This document shows positions 9,018 through 17,587 of a stretch of 44,053 nucleotides of DNA, one piece after another. The stretch covers positions 1 through 44,053 of the forward strand of contig DYQJ01000003.1 of the NCBI GenBank assembly GCA_020719345.1, written 5' to 3'. Source of the DNA: Draconibacterium orientale (GTDB lineage Bacteria; Bacteroidota; Bacteroidia; Bacteroidales; DYQJ01). Position 1 is the first letter of the stretch; every line of letters begins with the position of its first letter. The translations under genes and the position numbers were made by a program. A model generated the notes under the pieces. It was not told where the DNA came from. It searched no databases and was given only the letters and a program-made list of their open reading frames with translations.

Positions 9018-11633
9018 TTAAAATTCGTACATTAATTTAAGCTGTAAATGTCTGCCAAATTGTGGTAGTCGGGCAGATAATTCACCATCTGCGTCATCTA
9101 ATCCGGGTGAATAATATTTCTTGTTAAAAATATTATTTACAATAAGTTGCAATGCAGCAGTTTTGAAAAAGTTATAAGTTATGGTCGTATTAAAAAGAAA
9201 ATAGTCCTCAAATTTATAATGATTTGTTGTAACTGTCGTATTTTCACCTACTATTTTTTCACCTACATAATTTATTCTGAAATTGGCATTCAAGGTATTT
9301 CGCCATTTATAATTAAGACCCAGATTGGCATTATTAGTTGCAATATCACTAATTCTAAGTTTAGTGATAACTTCGCCTTCGGGGTTTGTGTATGGGTTGT
9401 TGTAGCTGTCCACCGGGTCAATGACCCAAGGCATTGTGTAAGTGTAATTTGCAAATATATTAAGATTATTGTAATTAAAATTGACAAAACCATGCAAACC
9501 ATATACCTCTTGCTTACCAACTCCTTGATTTTGATTTGTTGTTACTTCTTTTCCATCGACTGTTAATTTTACACTTACTTCTTGTATTATATTGCTGTAA
9601 TTAGCATGATAACCTACTAAGTTGATATACAATTGATTATCAAAAAAAGTCTTGGCTATACTAAATTCCCAGTTTCTAACTTTTTCGGGTTCTAACTCGG
9701 GATTAATAATTTCACGTTTCCCTATCACGGTGGAGAATTTTTCGCGGTTTGTCGCATCTTTAAATGCTTCAGAATAAATTATCTTAAAAATGTATTTTTT
9801 GGGAGAAAAAACCATAGCATATCTTGGATTAAAAACATTTCCAAATCCGGCAGTATTTCTTATTAAATTATTGTCATATCTTATTCCGTAAGTAAATTTT
9901 AATGTCTTGAAGATGCGATAAGTCGTTTGCATATAAACTCCCAAATCTCTAACAAAGAAATGATTACCGCCATGCACATCACTAAGAGAAGTCCCTACTT
10001 CTTCGGTATTTCCGGAGGCAGTATAAGTGTAGTCCCCCTGCAAAACGCTGTAGCGGGTCTCAAATCCGGCTAATATATCTATCTTATTATTAGGAGTATA
10101 TAATATTTTGAGCTCGTTACGAAATTGATTAGATTTTTGAAAGAAGAAGGTGCTGTCTATCTTCGGTAAATCGTTGTTTAATAAATTTTCTAATTTATAT
10201 TTTCGTTTGGAGGAATATCTATATTCTCGGAAACGCACTATTTTATTTTCTTTGTCAAAGTCGTGAAGTTTGAACTGTATGTAATTAGAAATTTGCAGTT
10301 TGTCAGTGATATTTTTTTCGTAATTAGCATAAATAGTATTATGTACAGGTGCCCACGAGTGTCCTTGCTCGGCGGTCATAAATTCTATGTCGTTATATTG
10401 TGCGCCGGCGGCTTCGTGTATTTGCCATGCCATCCAGCCGAGAGTGAGTTCATATATTTTTAATTTCACATAAATAGATTTATCATCGGTATAATCTCTG
10501 GCTATCGTGTTAGAATATACCGAGTTATCAAGTTCTAATGCTTTTTTTATACCTGTTTCGGTTAATATAATTTTGTTATTTTCAAAACTATAATAATCAT
10601 GTGTTGCTCCATATTTGTCAATAAAAGCAAGCGCTTTTGCCGAGTCCGTAATATCTAAAGAATTGTGATATACTTTTGCGATGCTGTCATTATATTGTCG
10701 CATCTGGTAAGTATAACCGTCATATTTTGTAAAATCCTGCTCATCCGACACAAATATACGTGCGGTAACTGATAGAGCAAGTTGTTGATTTTTAGACTGT
10801 AAAGCAAACGTTGCGTCAGCAAATTTGGTATTATATGAACCGTAGCCGGCAATTATATTACTGCCAAAAATTTCGCCTTGTTTTATTAATTCATAAGGTT
10901 GTTTGGTGATAATATTTATTACTCCCAAAAAAGCATTGGAGCCATACATGGTAGAGGCAGGTCCGTAAACAACCTCCAAACTTTTTAAATTGCTAAGCGG
11001 AAATTGGCGGGACAAATATACATTGCTTGACCACAAATCGTTATCTTCTATGCCATCAATCAAAAATAGAGTTCGGTTTGTATTTATAGACCGATATCCT
11101 CGCTGATACGCATGCGTGTATAAATTGCCGTTGGAACGAGAAATATCAAATCCGGGAAGGTCATGCAAAACGGTTTCAAAGTCTTGATAACCACGATTAT
11201 AAAATTCGGCTTTAGAAATAGAGACCACCGTTGCGGGGGCTTCTAATATATTTTCTGCTTTTTTGGAGACCGATGTAACAAATAACATATTTCCAAAGCT
11301 TTTTAGTCGTTCAATTATCTCTACAAATCTAAACGGATCCGTTAAATTATCAGCTTGAAAGTCGGGTTTTATAGCGAGTAATTTGGCTGCTGCCGAAACT
11401 GCACTGCTGTCTTCATCTAAGGCAATATACGTTTTAGATAAGATTCTGTATGCTTGAACTTTTTGCATATCATTGAAACCATTATTTACACAAGGCGTCA
11501 ATTGTTTGATAACATTTTCAAAATTACCTATTAAATATTCTTTATCTGCCTCATTAATAGAGTTAGAATTGCACTGTGCAATAGCGAATTTAGAAACAAT
11601 TATAAACAATATAAATAATAATAAACTTTTCAT
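9018..11633 (-). CDS. TonB-dependent receptor with an atypical ~95-aa helical N-terminal extension
   Basis: 871-aa ORF with signal peptide MKSLLLFILFIIVSKFAIAQ. The plug reads ENILEAPATVVSISKAEF...LIDGIEDND...LEVVYGPASTMYGSNAFLGVINIITK. The barrel has a terminal aromatic (..LKLMYEF). Confidence 0.9.
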   Translation of the reverse strand: MKSLLLFILFIIVSKFAIAQCNSNSINEADKEYLIGNFENVIKQLTPCVNNGFNDMQKVQAYRILSKTYIALDEDSSAVSAAAKLLAIKPDFQADNLTDPFRFVEIIERLKSFGNMLFVTSVSKKAENILEAPATVVSISKAEFYNRGYQDFETVLHDLPGFDISRSNGNLYTHAYQRGYRSINTNRTLFLIDGIEDNDLWSSNVYLSRQFPLSNLKSLEVVYGPASTMYGSNAFLGVINIITKQPYELIKQGEIFGSNIIAGYGSYNTKFADATFALQSKNQQLALSVTARIFVSDEQDFTKYDGYTYQMRQYNDSIAKVYHNSLDITDSAKALAFIDKYGATHDYYSFENNKIILTETGIKKALELDNSVYSNTIARDYTDDKSIYVKLKIYELTLGWMAWQIHEAAGAQYNDIEFMTAEQGHSWAPVHNTIYANYEKNITDKLQISNYIQFKLHDFDKENKIVRFREYRYSSKRKYKLENLLNNDLPKIDSTFFFQKSNQFRNELKILYTPNNKIDILAGFETRYSVLQGDYTYTASGNTEEVGTSLSDVHGGNHFFVRDLGVYMQTTYRIFKTLKFTYGIRYDNNLIRNTAGFGNVFNPRYAMVFSPKKYIFKIIYSEAFKDATNREKFSTVIGKREIINPELEPEKVRNWEFSIAKTFFDNQLYINLVGYHANYSNIIQEVSVKLTVDGKEVTTNQNQGVGKQEVYGLHGFVNFNYNNLNIFANYTYTMPWVIDPVDSYNNPYTNPEGEVITKLRISDIATNNANLGLNYKWRNTLNANFRINYVGEKIVGENTTVTTNHYKFEDYFLFNTTITYNFFKTAALQLIVNNIFNKKYYSPGLDDADGELSARLPQFGRHLQLKLMYEF

Positions 11634-11662
11634 AATCTCCTTTATTTAGCATTAAACATAAA

Positions 11663-14600
11663 TCATTTTAATTTAGGTAAATATTCTATGCCGGGTCCTA
11701 CATATTTTAACCAGTCGTTTTCGGACATGTTTTGTTCAATATTTTGTCGTAATCCTGTATAAATAGTGTTAATATTTATGTTAAAAAATAAAATCTGCTT
11801 TGTTTTATCGGCACTACCGACAAGTAAATGTTCATTATCCGGCGAATAGACGATAGCATGAACCCAGTTGACACATTTGTCTATTAAAAGCGGGGAATCT
11901 TCAAAATTGTTTGTGTTCCATATTTTTACGTCTCCATCGTAGCTGCAAGTAGCCAATTGTGAAAGCGAGGCATTGTATTTCATATCTGCAATTGTAGACA
12001 AATGAGCATAAATAGTAGATACAAGTGTATTATCTATATCAATATTCCATATTTCTATTGTGCCGGTGTTGGAGGCAACCGCTACTCTGTGATTATCAAT
12101 AAATTCTACTGCCGTTATAGATTTATTGATAGGTGCTAATACTTTGGTAAGTAAAAAATCTTTTGTATCATAAAAATAAATATATCCTTCGGCATCTGCT
12201 ACGGCTAAAATTTTAGTATCTTTTGAAAGACACGTAAATACAGGTTTGATTTCAAATATTTTTAATATTTTAAACGAGATAAGCATTGTCGTCAAATCCC
12301 AGAGAATCAATTTTTTATCATTAGAAATAGAGAGAATATTTTTATTTTCGTTGATAAAAAAGAGATTATTAACAACACTTGTGTGGGCGTCTAATATAAT
12401 TGGCTTATTTTGTTCGGTGATTTCGTTCCATAATAAGATTTTTCCGTTATAAGCTCCGGCGGCTAATTTTTTCTTGTCCCCGCTGAGACAGAGACTTCTT
12501 GCGCCTCCACGCATGTTATTATCGCGTTTGAGATTGAGCGGGACAAAACTTTTCAGTGTTGTATCTTGCAGATTCCATATTTTTACGGCGCCATCATTTC
12601 CGCAAGTAACGAACTTATTATTTTCTATATATACAACATCTCGGACTGCATCAGCATGATTTAGAGAAGATTGTATAATTTTAACATTTCCGGACACCTC
12701 TGATAGAGCATTAAAAATTTCGGGGTCGTTTTCTATTCCACCATTCTCTTTATTAAAATTGTAGGCATGAATAGCCATTATTTTCGGTAATAATATTTGC
12801 TCCTGTGCCAGTATTTCTTTACTTTTTTCGTTCTGTTGCAGTATTTTGTATGAGTTGGCGGCAAGAGATTTGGCTATGGCAAGTCTACGAAGCGTGTCTG
12901 TTTTTGCCTCTGATATTTTGGCTCGTTGCTCTTGCTCTTCGGCTATTCGCTTTTGTTCTAATGCATTGTCTCGCAATTTTTCGGCTTCTTTTTGAAGTTC
13001 TTTGGCTTTGTCGCGGGATATTTCGGCATCTAATTTGGATTCTTCGGCTATTTGTTTTTGCAATATTGCTTCACGCTGTTTTTCTATGGCGAGGAGACGT
13101 TGTTGCTCGGCTATAATTTTTTGTTGCTCGGCAAGCAATTGTTGTTGCTCGGCGACTTTTTTACTACTTACGGCTTCTTTCTTTTTGTCTTCGGCGATAT
13201 TACTGTTTTCAAGAGCCACCGATTCATTGAGCTTTGCCTGTTTTTCACTTGCCTCGGCTTTAAATTTTAAGTTCAATGCAAATATCAGAAACAATATAGA
13301 AATCAAAGAAGCTAATCCAAGTATGATGGCAAAAAATCTAAATCTATGGATATCGCGTTTTTGCTTCTTCTCTTTTAGCTGGATTTGAAAATCATATTCC
13401 TTCTGGCTGTATTGTAAGTAGTTTATATTTCGTTCAAAATAAGCATCATACCGATTCGCCCATGCTTGATTGGGCTGTTGATTTTTGTACCAGTCTATAC
13501 CGTTTTGCAATTCAGGATTAGTCAGAAGTGAACTCTCCCCCAGATAATACAGCTGTGCGGCTCGCGAGATTTGTAAATATGTTTGTACTGAGGTTTTCTC
13601 CGTTAATATCCAGTCGTTCAGACGAAACCATTTTTGTATTATTATTTCTTTGTTTATACTGATTATAGTTTCCACGTCAAGCGGATTGTCGTTGTAAGGT
13701 AAAATAAAGGCGGTGTCAGTATTTCTAAATTCATCAAGTACTTTTATTACATCTTCATTTTTTACATTCAGTATGTCGCACAATTCCTGAAGAGATAAAG
13801 AGTTTATTTTTACGGTGTTATCCGATTTAACGATGATTAAAGATTTAAAAATCTTCTCGGCTATTGTCTGATATTTTTCCGAGTCAAGGTTATGATAAAT
13901 TTCTTCCGCATGATTTGATAAGCAATTTTCTATTTTGCCCACCGACTCGTAGTGAATAATATCTATTGTCTGCTCCGTTTTAGAATTATTGGCACAATAA
14001 TCCCATATTCTTTTGAGAGTATGTTGTAAAACAGATAGTTCGGCTTCTTCATTGCTTATATCTTCAATAATTTTAACTATTAGTTCGGAAGATATTTTAA
14101 TATTATTTTTTTGAAATGGAAGAAAGATGGCTTGTTTTTTCTGTTCCAATGTAAGCTTAGGTAGAAGATAATGTCCTCTGTTTATTACATCGGTCAGCCC
14201 GTCAAATTCGCGGCAAAAATCTATATAATCGGTTATTAGTGAGACGATGATAAAAATATTTTCACTCTGGTTAACGATATTCAACATGTACTCAACAAAC
14301 ATTCGGGCATTCAGCGTGTATTTGTCGTTCTTGTTTTTAAAAATAAAAATATCTTCAAATTGTTGGATATAAATTAAATATTTGTCTTCCGTATTTTGCT
14401 GCAATTGTTTAACTATTTCATTGACAAAATATTTATTATTAGCCATTTCTAATTCTATCTTTTCGGTAGAATAGTTGTTTAAAAATTTGGCTATTGCCGC
14501 TGAAAAACTTGCCAGCGGGGTATTATTTAGTGTTAATACGGTATAATTCCATTTACTTGTTTTATCTTTTAATAATTTCGGGATAACTCCGGCTTTAACA

Positions 14601-14767
14601 ATAGACGACTTGCCGGCTCCGGAAGGACCCAGAACGGCGAGAAATTTATTTGATAATAAATTAGTTACGATCTCGTCTATTTGTGTGTCTCTACCGAAAA
14701 ATATATCGGCATCTTCTAATTCAAAGCTCCGCAAACCAGGAAATGGATTTCTTAAATAATCTGACAT
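11663..14767 (-). CDS. STAND-type P-loop NTPase (nSTAND/NACHT-like) - helical domain - single TM - long coiled coil - WD40 propeller
   Basis: 1034-aa ORF. The N-terminus is NPFPGLRSFELEDADIFFGRD...VLGPSGAGKSSIVKAGVIP, with Walker B-like LIYIQQFED. A hydrophobic segment spans aa 478-500, preceded by KEKKQKRDIHRFR. An E/K/Q-rich coiled coil spans aa ~500-650. At least 6 WD repeats follow (GNDGAVKIWNL, NGKILLWN, NDKKLILWDL, TGTIEIWNI, YDGDVKIWN). Confidence 0.9.
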   Translation of the reverse strand: MSDYLRNPFPGLRSFELEDADIFFGRDTQIDEIVTNLLSNKFLAVLGPSGAGKSSIVKAGVIPKLLKDKTSKWNYTVLTLNNTPLASFSAAIAKFLNNYSTEKIELEMANNKYFVNEIVKQLQQNTEDKYLIYIQQFEDIFIFKNKNDKYTLNARMFVEYMLNIVNQSENIFIIVSLITDYIDFCREFDGLTDVINRGHYLLPKLTLEQKKQAIFLPFQKNNIKISSELIVKIIEDISNEEAELSVLQHTLKRIWDYCANNSKTEQTIDIIHYESVGKIENCLSNHAEEIYHNLDSEKYQTIAEKIFKSLIIVKSDNTVKINSLSLQELCDILNVKNEDVIKVLDEFRNTDTAFILPYNDNPLDVETIISINKEIIIQKWFRLNDWILTEKTSVQTYLQISRAAQLYYLGESSLLTNPELQNGIDWYKNQQPNQAWANRYDAYFERNINYLQYSQKEYDFQIQLKEKKQKRDIHRFRFFAIILGLASLISILFLIFALNLKFKAEASEKQAKLNESVALENSNIAEDKKKEAVSSKKVAEQQQLLAEQQKIIAEQQRLLAIEKQREAILQKQIAEESKLDAEISRDKAKELQKEAEKLRDNALEQKRIAEEQEQRAKISEAKTDTLRRLAIAKSLAANSYKILQQNEKSKEILAQEQILLPKIMAIHAYNFNKENGGIENDPEIFNALSEVSGNVKIIQSSLNHADAVRDVVYIENNKFVTCGNDGAVKIWNLQDTTLKSFVPLNLKRDNNMRGGARSLCLSGDKKKLAAGAYNGKILLWNEITEQNKPIILDAHTSVVNNLFFINENKNILSISNDKKLILWDLTTMLISFKILKIFEIKPVFTCLSKDTKILAVADAEGYIYFYDTKDFLLTKVLAPINKSITAVEFIDNHRVAVASNTGTIEIWNIDIDNTLVSTIYAHLSTIADMKYNASLSQLATCSYDGDVKIWNTNNFEDSPLLIDKCVNWVHAIVYSPDNEHLLVGSADKTKQILFFNININTIYTGLRQNIEQNMSENDWLKYVGPGIEYLPKLK

Positions 14768-14856
14768 AACAAAAAAAAATTTTTTAAAGATAATTTTTTT
14801 TTTTTATAAAAAAAAAATTTTTAACTTTAAAAAGTTTTTAACATACATTTTTTGCT
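14768..14856. promoter_or_regulatory. Divergent intergenic region made almost entirely of complementary A/T homopolymer tracts (A9T6; T12-AT-A10)
   Basis: Read directly: A9 at 14771-14779, T6 at 14780-14785, T12 at 14794-14805, A10 at 14808-14817. It lies between divergent starts at 14767 (minus) and 14857 (plus). Confidence 0.5.
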
Positions 14857-15273
14857 ATGAGAATATCTAAAACACTTGAAATAGAAAATGATATTAATCA
14901 ATTAGAGAAGGTAGTTTTTTTTGTAGAAGATTTTACTTCACAAAATGGAATAGAGCAGAAGATTATTAATCAACTACTCATCGCCGCAGACGAACTGCTA
15001 TCCAATACTATTAACTATGGATATCCGAAAGGAATGAAGGGAAGAATAAGTATAGAGCTCATTGTTACGGACAAAGAAATTACTATTGTTTTTACGGACG
15101 ACGCAATAGAATTTGACCCCACAAAAGCTGCCACTCCTAAAGTTAGCGATACCGACATAATGAACCGACAAATAGGAGGACTCGGTATTTATATAGTGAA
15201 AAAGATGATGGACAGATTTGACTACATGCGAAAAAACAAGCATAATGTAATAACAATAACAAAGAAGTTTTAA
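14857..15273 (+). CDS. Anti-sigma-factor-type serine kinase (RsbW/SpoIIAB-like, HATPase_c_2)
   Basis: 138 aa with ADELLSNTINYG (N box) and GGLGIYIVKKMMDRFDY (G2), the typical size. It is followed 17 nt later by a STAS gene. Confidence 0.85.
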   Translation: MRISKTLEIENDINQLEKVVFFVEDFTSQNGIEQKIINQLLIAADELLSNTINYGYPKGMKGRISIELIVTDKEITIVFTDDAIEFDPTKAATPKVSDTDIMNRQIGGLGIYIVKKMMDRFDYMRKNKHNVITITKKF

Positions 15274-15290
15274 CCTCAAAAAAATAAAAT

Positions 15291-15623
15291 ATGGAAATTA
15301 AAGAAGGTAGAATACAAAACATTACGGTTCTTAATCTGATAGGAAAAATAGATGTAAACAGCTCTAAATTTTTCCAAGAAAAGTTTACCGAAGTTATGAA
15401 CCGCGGCGACAAGCACGTCATTTTAAATTGTGCCGAGTTAAGTTATGTCAGCAGCTCCGGACTTAGAGTATTTCTTATGTTTTTAAAAAGTATTAACAAG
15501 GTAGGTGGTAAGTTAGTTATATGCTCAATGAGTGATATAATTTTTGAAGTCTTTGAAATATCCGGGTTCGTACCTATTTTTACAATAACTGATAACATAG
15601 ATAAAGCAGTAGCCAATTTCTAA
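15291..15623 (+). CDS. STAS-domain anti-sigma-factor antagonist (RsbV/SpoIIAA-like)
   Basis: 110 aa. LSYVSSSGLRVFL contains the phosphorylatable Ser context. Confidence 0.85.
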   Translation: MEIKEGRIQNITVLNLIGKIDVNSSKFFQEKFTEVMNRGDKHVILNCAELSYVSSSGLRVFLMFLKSINKVGGKLVICSMSDIIFEVFEISGFVPIFTITDNIDKAVANF

Positions 15624-15642
15624 TTATCAACGCTATACTGAT

Positions 15643-15793
15643 AAAAAATTACCACAAAGGAATCAAAGTTTTTTCATTTCTTTCATTCCTCTGTGGTTAA
15701 AAAGAAAAAAATTACCACAAAGGTATGAGAGGAATGAAAGAAAACAAAAAAATATTATTTTAAATTTTCGTGAACTTTCGTGTCTTTGGTGGC
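15643..15793. repeat. Composite intergenic repeat: an 18-nt direct repeat, mutually exclusive hairpins, and CACAAAG/CACAGAG/CACGAAAG word motifs
   Basis: AAAAAATTACCACAAAGG occurs at 15643-15660 and 15706-15723. Segment 15677-15691 (tttctttcattcctc) is the perfect complement of 15729-15743. Segment 15685-15697 also pairs with 15651-15663 (12/13). An inverted related word, tttcgtgaactttcgtgtctttggtgg, lies at 15766-15792. Confidence 0.8.
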
Positions 15794-15879
15794 AAAATTT
15801 TGGTTAGAGCCAATAGTTAGTTTATCAAATTCTTATAATTAAAAAAATAACGGAAGACAAAGAAAATGAGTTCATTATA

Positions 15880-16002
15880 ATGATTAATATAAAATATCTT
15901 ATGAAAAATTACATAACCTACATAAGCATAAATCAGGAGATACGATTTGGAACACCTTGTATAAAAGAGACTCGCATTGCCGTTGTATATGCAATATTAT
16001 GA
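15880..16002 (+). pseudogene. Truncated DUF433-like (antitoxin-like) remnant, 40 codons
   Basis: Hand translation gives MINIKYLMKNYITYISINQEIRFGTPCIKETRIAVVYAIL*. IRFGxPCIKxTRIAV matches the DUF433 core. The usual C-terminal half is missing. Confidence 0.45.
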
Positions 16003-16215
16003 ATTTTTTTGGGAAGAAAAAAAACTAAGAGAGCAATGCTCTCTTAGAATTATAAGGTCAGGATGTTTTCTACTAAATAGAAACGTATATTTTTATGAGA
16101 TGAAGCCGATGTTTAATGTTTATAATGCAAAGGTAAAAATATTTTTTTGGCTCTCAAATTAATTTAACTATATTTGATAAACAGTAGTTTTACTTATGTT
16201 AATTGCGTTTTTTTA

Positions 16216-16275
16216 TAGATAGAAATCATTTTTTTGTAGATAAAAGTCATTTTTTGTAGATATTTTTTCACTAAA
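16216..16275. repeat. Three 20-21-bp direct repeats (TAGATAnAAnTCATTTTTTG-like) upstream of the GT2 gene
   Basis: TAGATA starts at 16216, 16237 and 16257. The units are tagatagaaatcatttttttg, tagataaaagtcattttttg and tagatattttttcac. Confidence 0.6.
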
Positions 16276-16308
16276 AAATGTTATATAACATATTTTTTTA
16301 TTTTAAAA

Positions 16309-17490
16309 ATGGGTTTTGCAGATAGTTATTTTCAAAAATACAAGTATTTTCCGGCTGTCATAGACGATTTGCCAGATAAAGAAACTAAAATTATAGTAAT
16401 AATACCTTGTTTTGATGAACCTGAGATATTGAAAACCTTGTCTTCGCTTCTGAATTGTGAGTCCACAATATTTCCGGTGGAGATAATAACGCTAATAAAT
16501 TCAAGTCAGACAACCGAGCAAGAGATAATAAATAATAATAGAGAAACTTATACTCTGTTGAAGCAGTGGTGCGAACAAAATTCCTCGCACATGCGAAAAT
16601 TCTTTGCCAAAAATATAGAGGACTTGCCTTCTAAGTTTGCAGGCGCCGGTTTAGCACGCAAAATAGCGATGGACGAAGCATTAAGACGATTTAATATTAT
16701 AGATAATCCTAAAACATACATCGTTAGCTTAGATGCTGATACGTTGTGTGCCAAGAATTATCTGTCCGAAATAGAGCAAACTATTGTAGAAGATGAAAAA
16801 ATCAATGGGTTTACCGTAAAATTTGAACATCAAAAAGATACAAAATTATTTTCAAAAGAAATAATAGCGGCAATATCTTTATATGAATTGCATTTGCATT
16901 ATTATATTAATTCGCTACGGTACAGTGGGTTTCCATATTCTTTTCATACCATTGGCTCGGCATTCGGGGTCAATGCGATGATATATGCAAAACAAGGCGG
17001 GATGAATACTAAGCAAGCAGGAGAAGATTTTTATTTCTTACATAAAATCATTCCGCTCGGTAATTTTTGTGAAATAACATGCACATGTGTATATCCGTCA
17101 CCGCGCATCTCCACTCGCGTCCCGTTCGGAACCGGAATATCGGTTGCTAATATCTTAAAAGAGAAGGAAATAATTTTTAAAACATATAATTTTACTGCTT
17201 TTAAAGAACTAAAAATGTTTTTCTCACAAAAGAATAATTTTTTTAAATATTCTGATAACAAAGAGGTTATACTTACGGACTCTATCAAAGATTTCTTAGA
17301 AAAGATTAATTATAAAGAAGCTCTGATTAATATAAATCAGAACAGCACTAATTTGAAAACATTTGAAAAACGATTCTTCCAATGGTTTGACGCATTTTGC
17401 ATTGTAAAATATCTTAATTTCGCACATGAAAAATATTTTACTAAAAATGATATATTATTAGAAAATAACAGATTAACAAACGATAATTGA
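16309..17490 (+). CDS. Family 2 glycosyltransferase
   Basis: 393 aa with IIVIIPCFDEPEIL and SLDADT (DxD-like), a GT-A fold pattern. Confidence 0.8.
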   Translation: MGFADSYFQKYKYFPAVIDDLPDKETKIIVIIPCFDEPEILKTLSSLLNCESTIFPVEIITLINSSQTTEQEIINNNRETYTLLKQWCEQNSSHMRKFFAKNIEDLPSKFAGAGLARKIAMDEALRRFNIIDNPKTYIVSLDADTLCAKNYLSEIEQTIVEDEKINGFTVKFEHQKDTKLFSKEIIAAISLYELHLHYYINSLRYSGFPYSFHTIGSAFGVNAMIYAKQGGMNTKQAGEDFYFLHKIIPLGNFCEITCTCVYPSPRISTRVPFGTGISVANILKEKEIIFKTYNFTAFKELKMFFSQKNNFFKYSDNKEVILTDSIKDFLEKINYKEALININQNSTNLKTFEKRFFQWFDAFCIVKYLNFAHEKYFTKNDILLENNRLTNDN

Positions 17491-17553
17491 TAATGAACAA
17501 TGAGTATATACTATAAAAAGTAAATTAATTTTTGGTAAAATTATTTTTTTTGG

Positions 17554-17561
17554 TATCTTTG
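17554..17561 (+). promoter_or_regulatory. Bacteroidota-type -7 box TATCTTTG
   Basis: Matches TAnnTTTG, 27 nt upstream of the ATG at 17588. The second gene copy has no equivalent box. Confidence 0.45.
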
Positions 17562-17587
17562 CATCTCACAAACACAAAAGACAAATT

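Noticed and set aside
12246-13388. Cluster of plus-strand ORFs (68-128 aa) opposite the STAND gene
   Set aside because: They lie antisense to the low-complexity E/K/Q coiled-coil coding region. They encode Cys/Leu/Phe-rich nonsense typical of shadow ORFs.
15977-16162. 61-aa ORF overlapping the DUF433 relic
   Set aside because: It has no motif and overlaps the more interpretable remnant frame. It sits in decayed intergenic sequence.
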